From assembly GCA_949358305.1 (NCBI GenBank), contig OX442314.1, forward strand, positions 9,238,001-9,302,000: DNA of 64,000 nucleotides, written 5' to 3'. Positions 63,696 through 64,000 of this stretch are shown here, piece after piece. The stretch is from Strigamia acuminata. Its lineage: Eukaryota. A program made the translations under genes and the position numbers. The notes beneath the pieces were generated by a model, which worked only from the letters and a program-made list of their open reading frames with translations, had not been told where the DNA came from and did not search any database. The stretch's first letter is position 1. Each line of letters begins with the position of its first letter.

Positions 63696-64000
63696 ATGGC
63701 TATCAATACTGCATTCGTAATTTTAAAGGATAAAAATTCCAAGTGGACACTCAATTTACTTGGGTGTCCAAAAATTAATAGGGAAGACATCCAGCTTCAT
63801 ATGGCCTGTAAATCAAGAAAAAGGTTCAAGTATTTATTTGATGGGTATATAAATAGTATAAGAATTGTTGACCATCCACTGGAGTCAATTCAAGCTGCAA
63901 TCAAAGCCAAGGTCAAGCCATCCCAAAAACCTGGATGGTATAATGTTTGTGTTGCATTGAATAATAATTCAATCACAAATGGATATTGTGAGTGTCCAGC
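63696..64000 (+). CDS. Partial ORF with the start of a SWIM-type zinc finger, probably from a DNA transposon beginning near 63600
   Basis: Open to the window end: ...KYLFDGYI...IKAKVKPSQKPGWYNVCV...NGYCECPA. Resembles the N-terminal region of SWIM/YqaJ-type accessory ORFs of ISL2EU/KolobokP elements. Confidence 0.55.
   Translation, partial: MAINTAFVILKDKNSKWTLNLLGCPKINREDIQLHMACKSRKRFKYLFDGYINSIRIVDHPLESIQAAIKAKVKPSQKPGWYNVCVALNNNSITNGYCECP

Overview
AT-rich animal (invertebrate-like) genomic DNA with short GT-AG introns; it is not prokaryotic. (1) 1-26 kb is mostly non-coding, with many minisatellites and MITEs. It hides a small three-exon gene (about 14910-17352) whose spliced product carries a PUMA/EGL-1-like BH3 motif and a hydrophobic C-terminal tail, with a p53-like site upstream and miR-2 K-boxes downstream, so it is a candidate BH3-only apoptosis gene. 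(2) 28-54.6 kb holds three intact 9-exon acid-lipase-family paralogs, all with SxSxS in place of the GxSxG nucleophile elbow, plus a relic fourth exon 1. (3) A young 12.4-kb Ty3/Gypsy element (32323-44722) sits inside the cluster. It has apparently identical LTRs, a 4-bp TSD, a tRNA-Pro PBS, a -1 frameshift signal, an in-frame stop in gag, and an intron-containing non-Env third gene. (4) A second, minus-strand LTR element (56180-63599) has the same PBS core, lacks gag/pol motifs and carries a roughly 1990-codon disordered ORF. Its 5' LTR is cut by an insertion encoding a SWIM-like ORF, and a related solo LTR lies in lipase 1. All calls were made by eye and no database searches were run.
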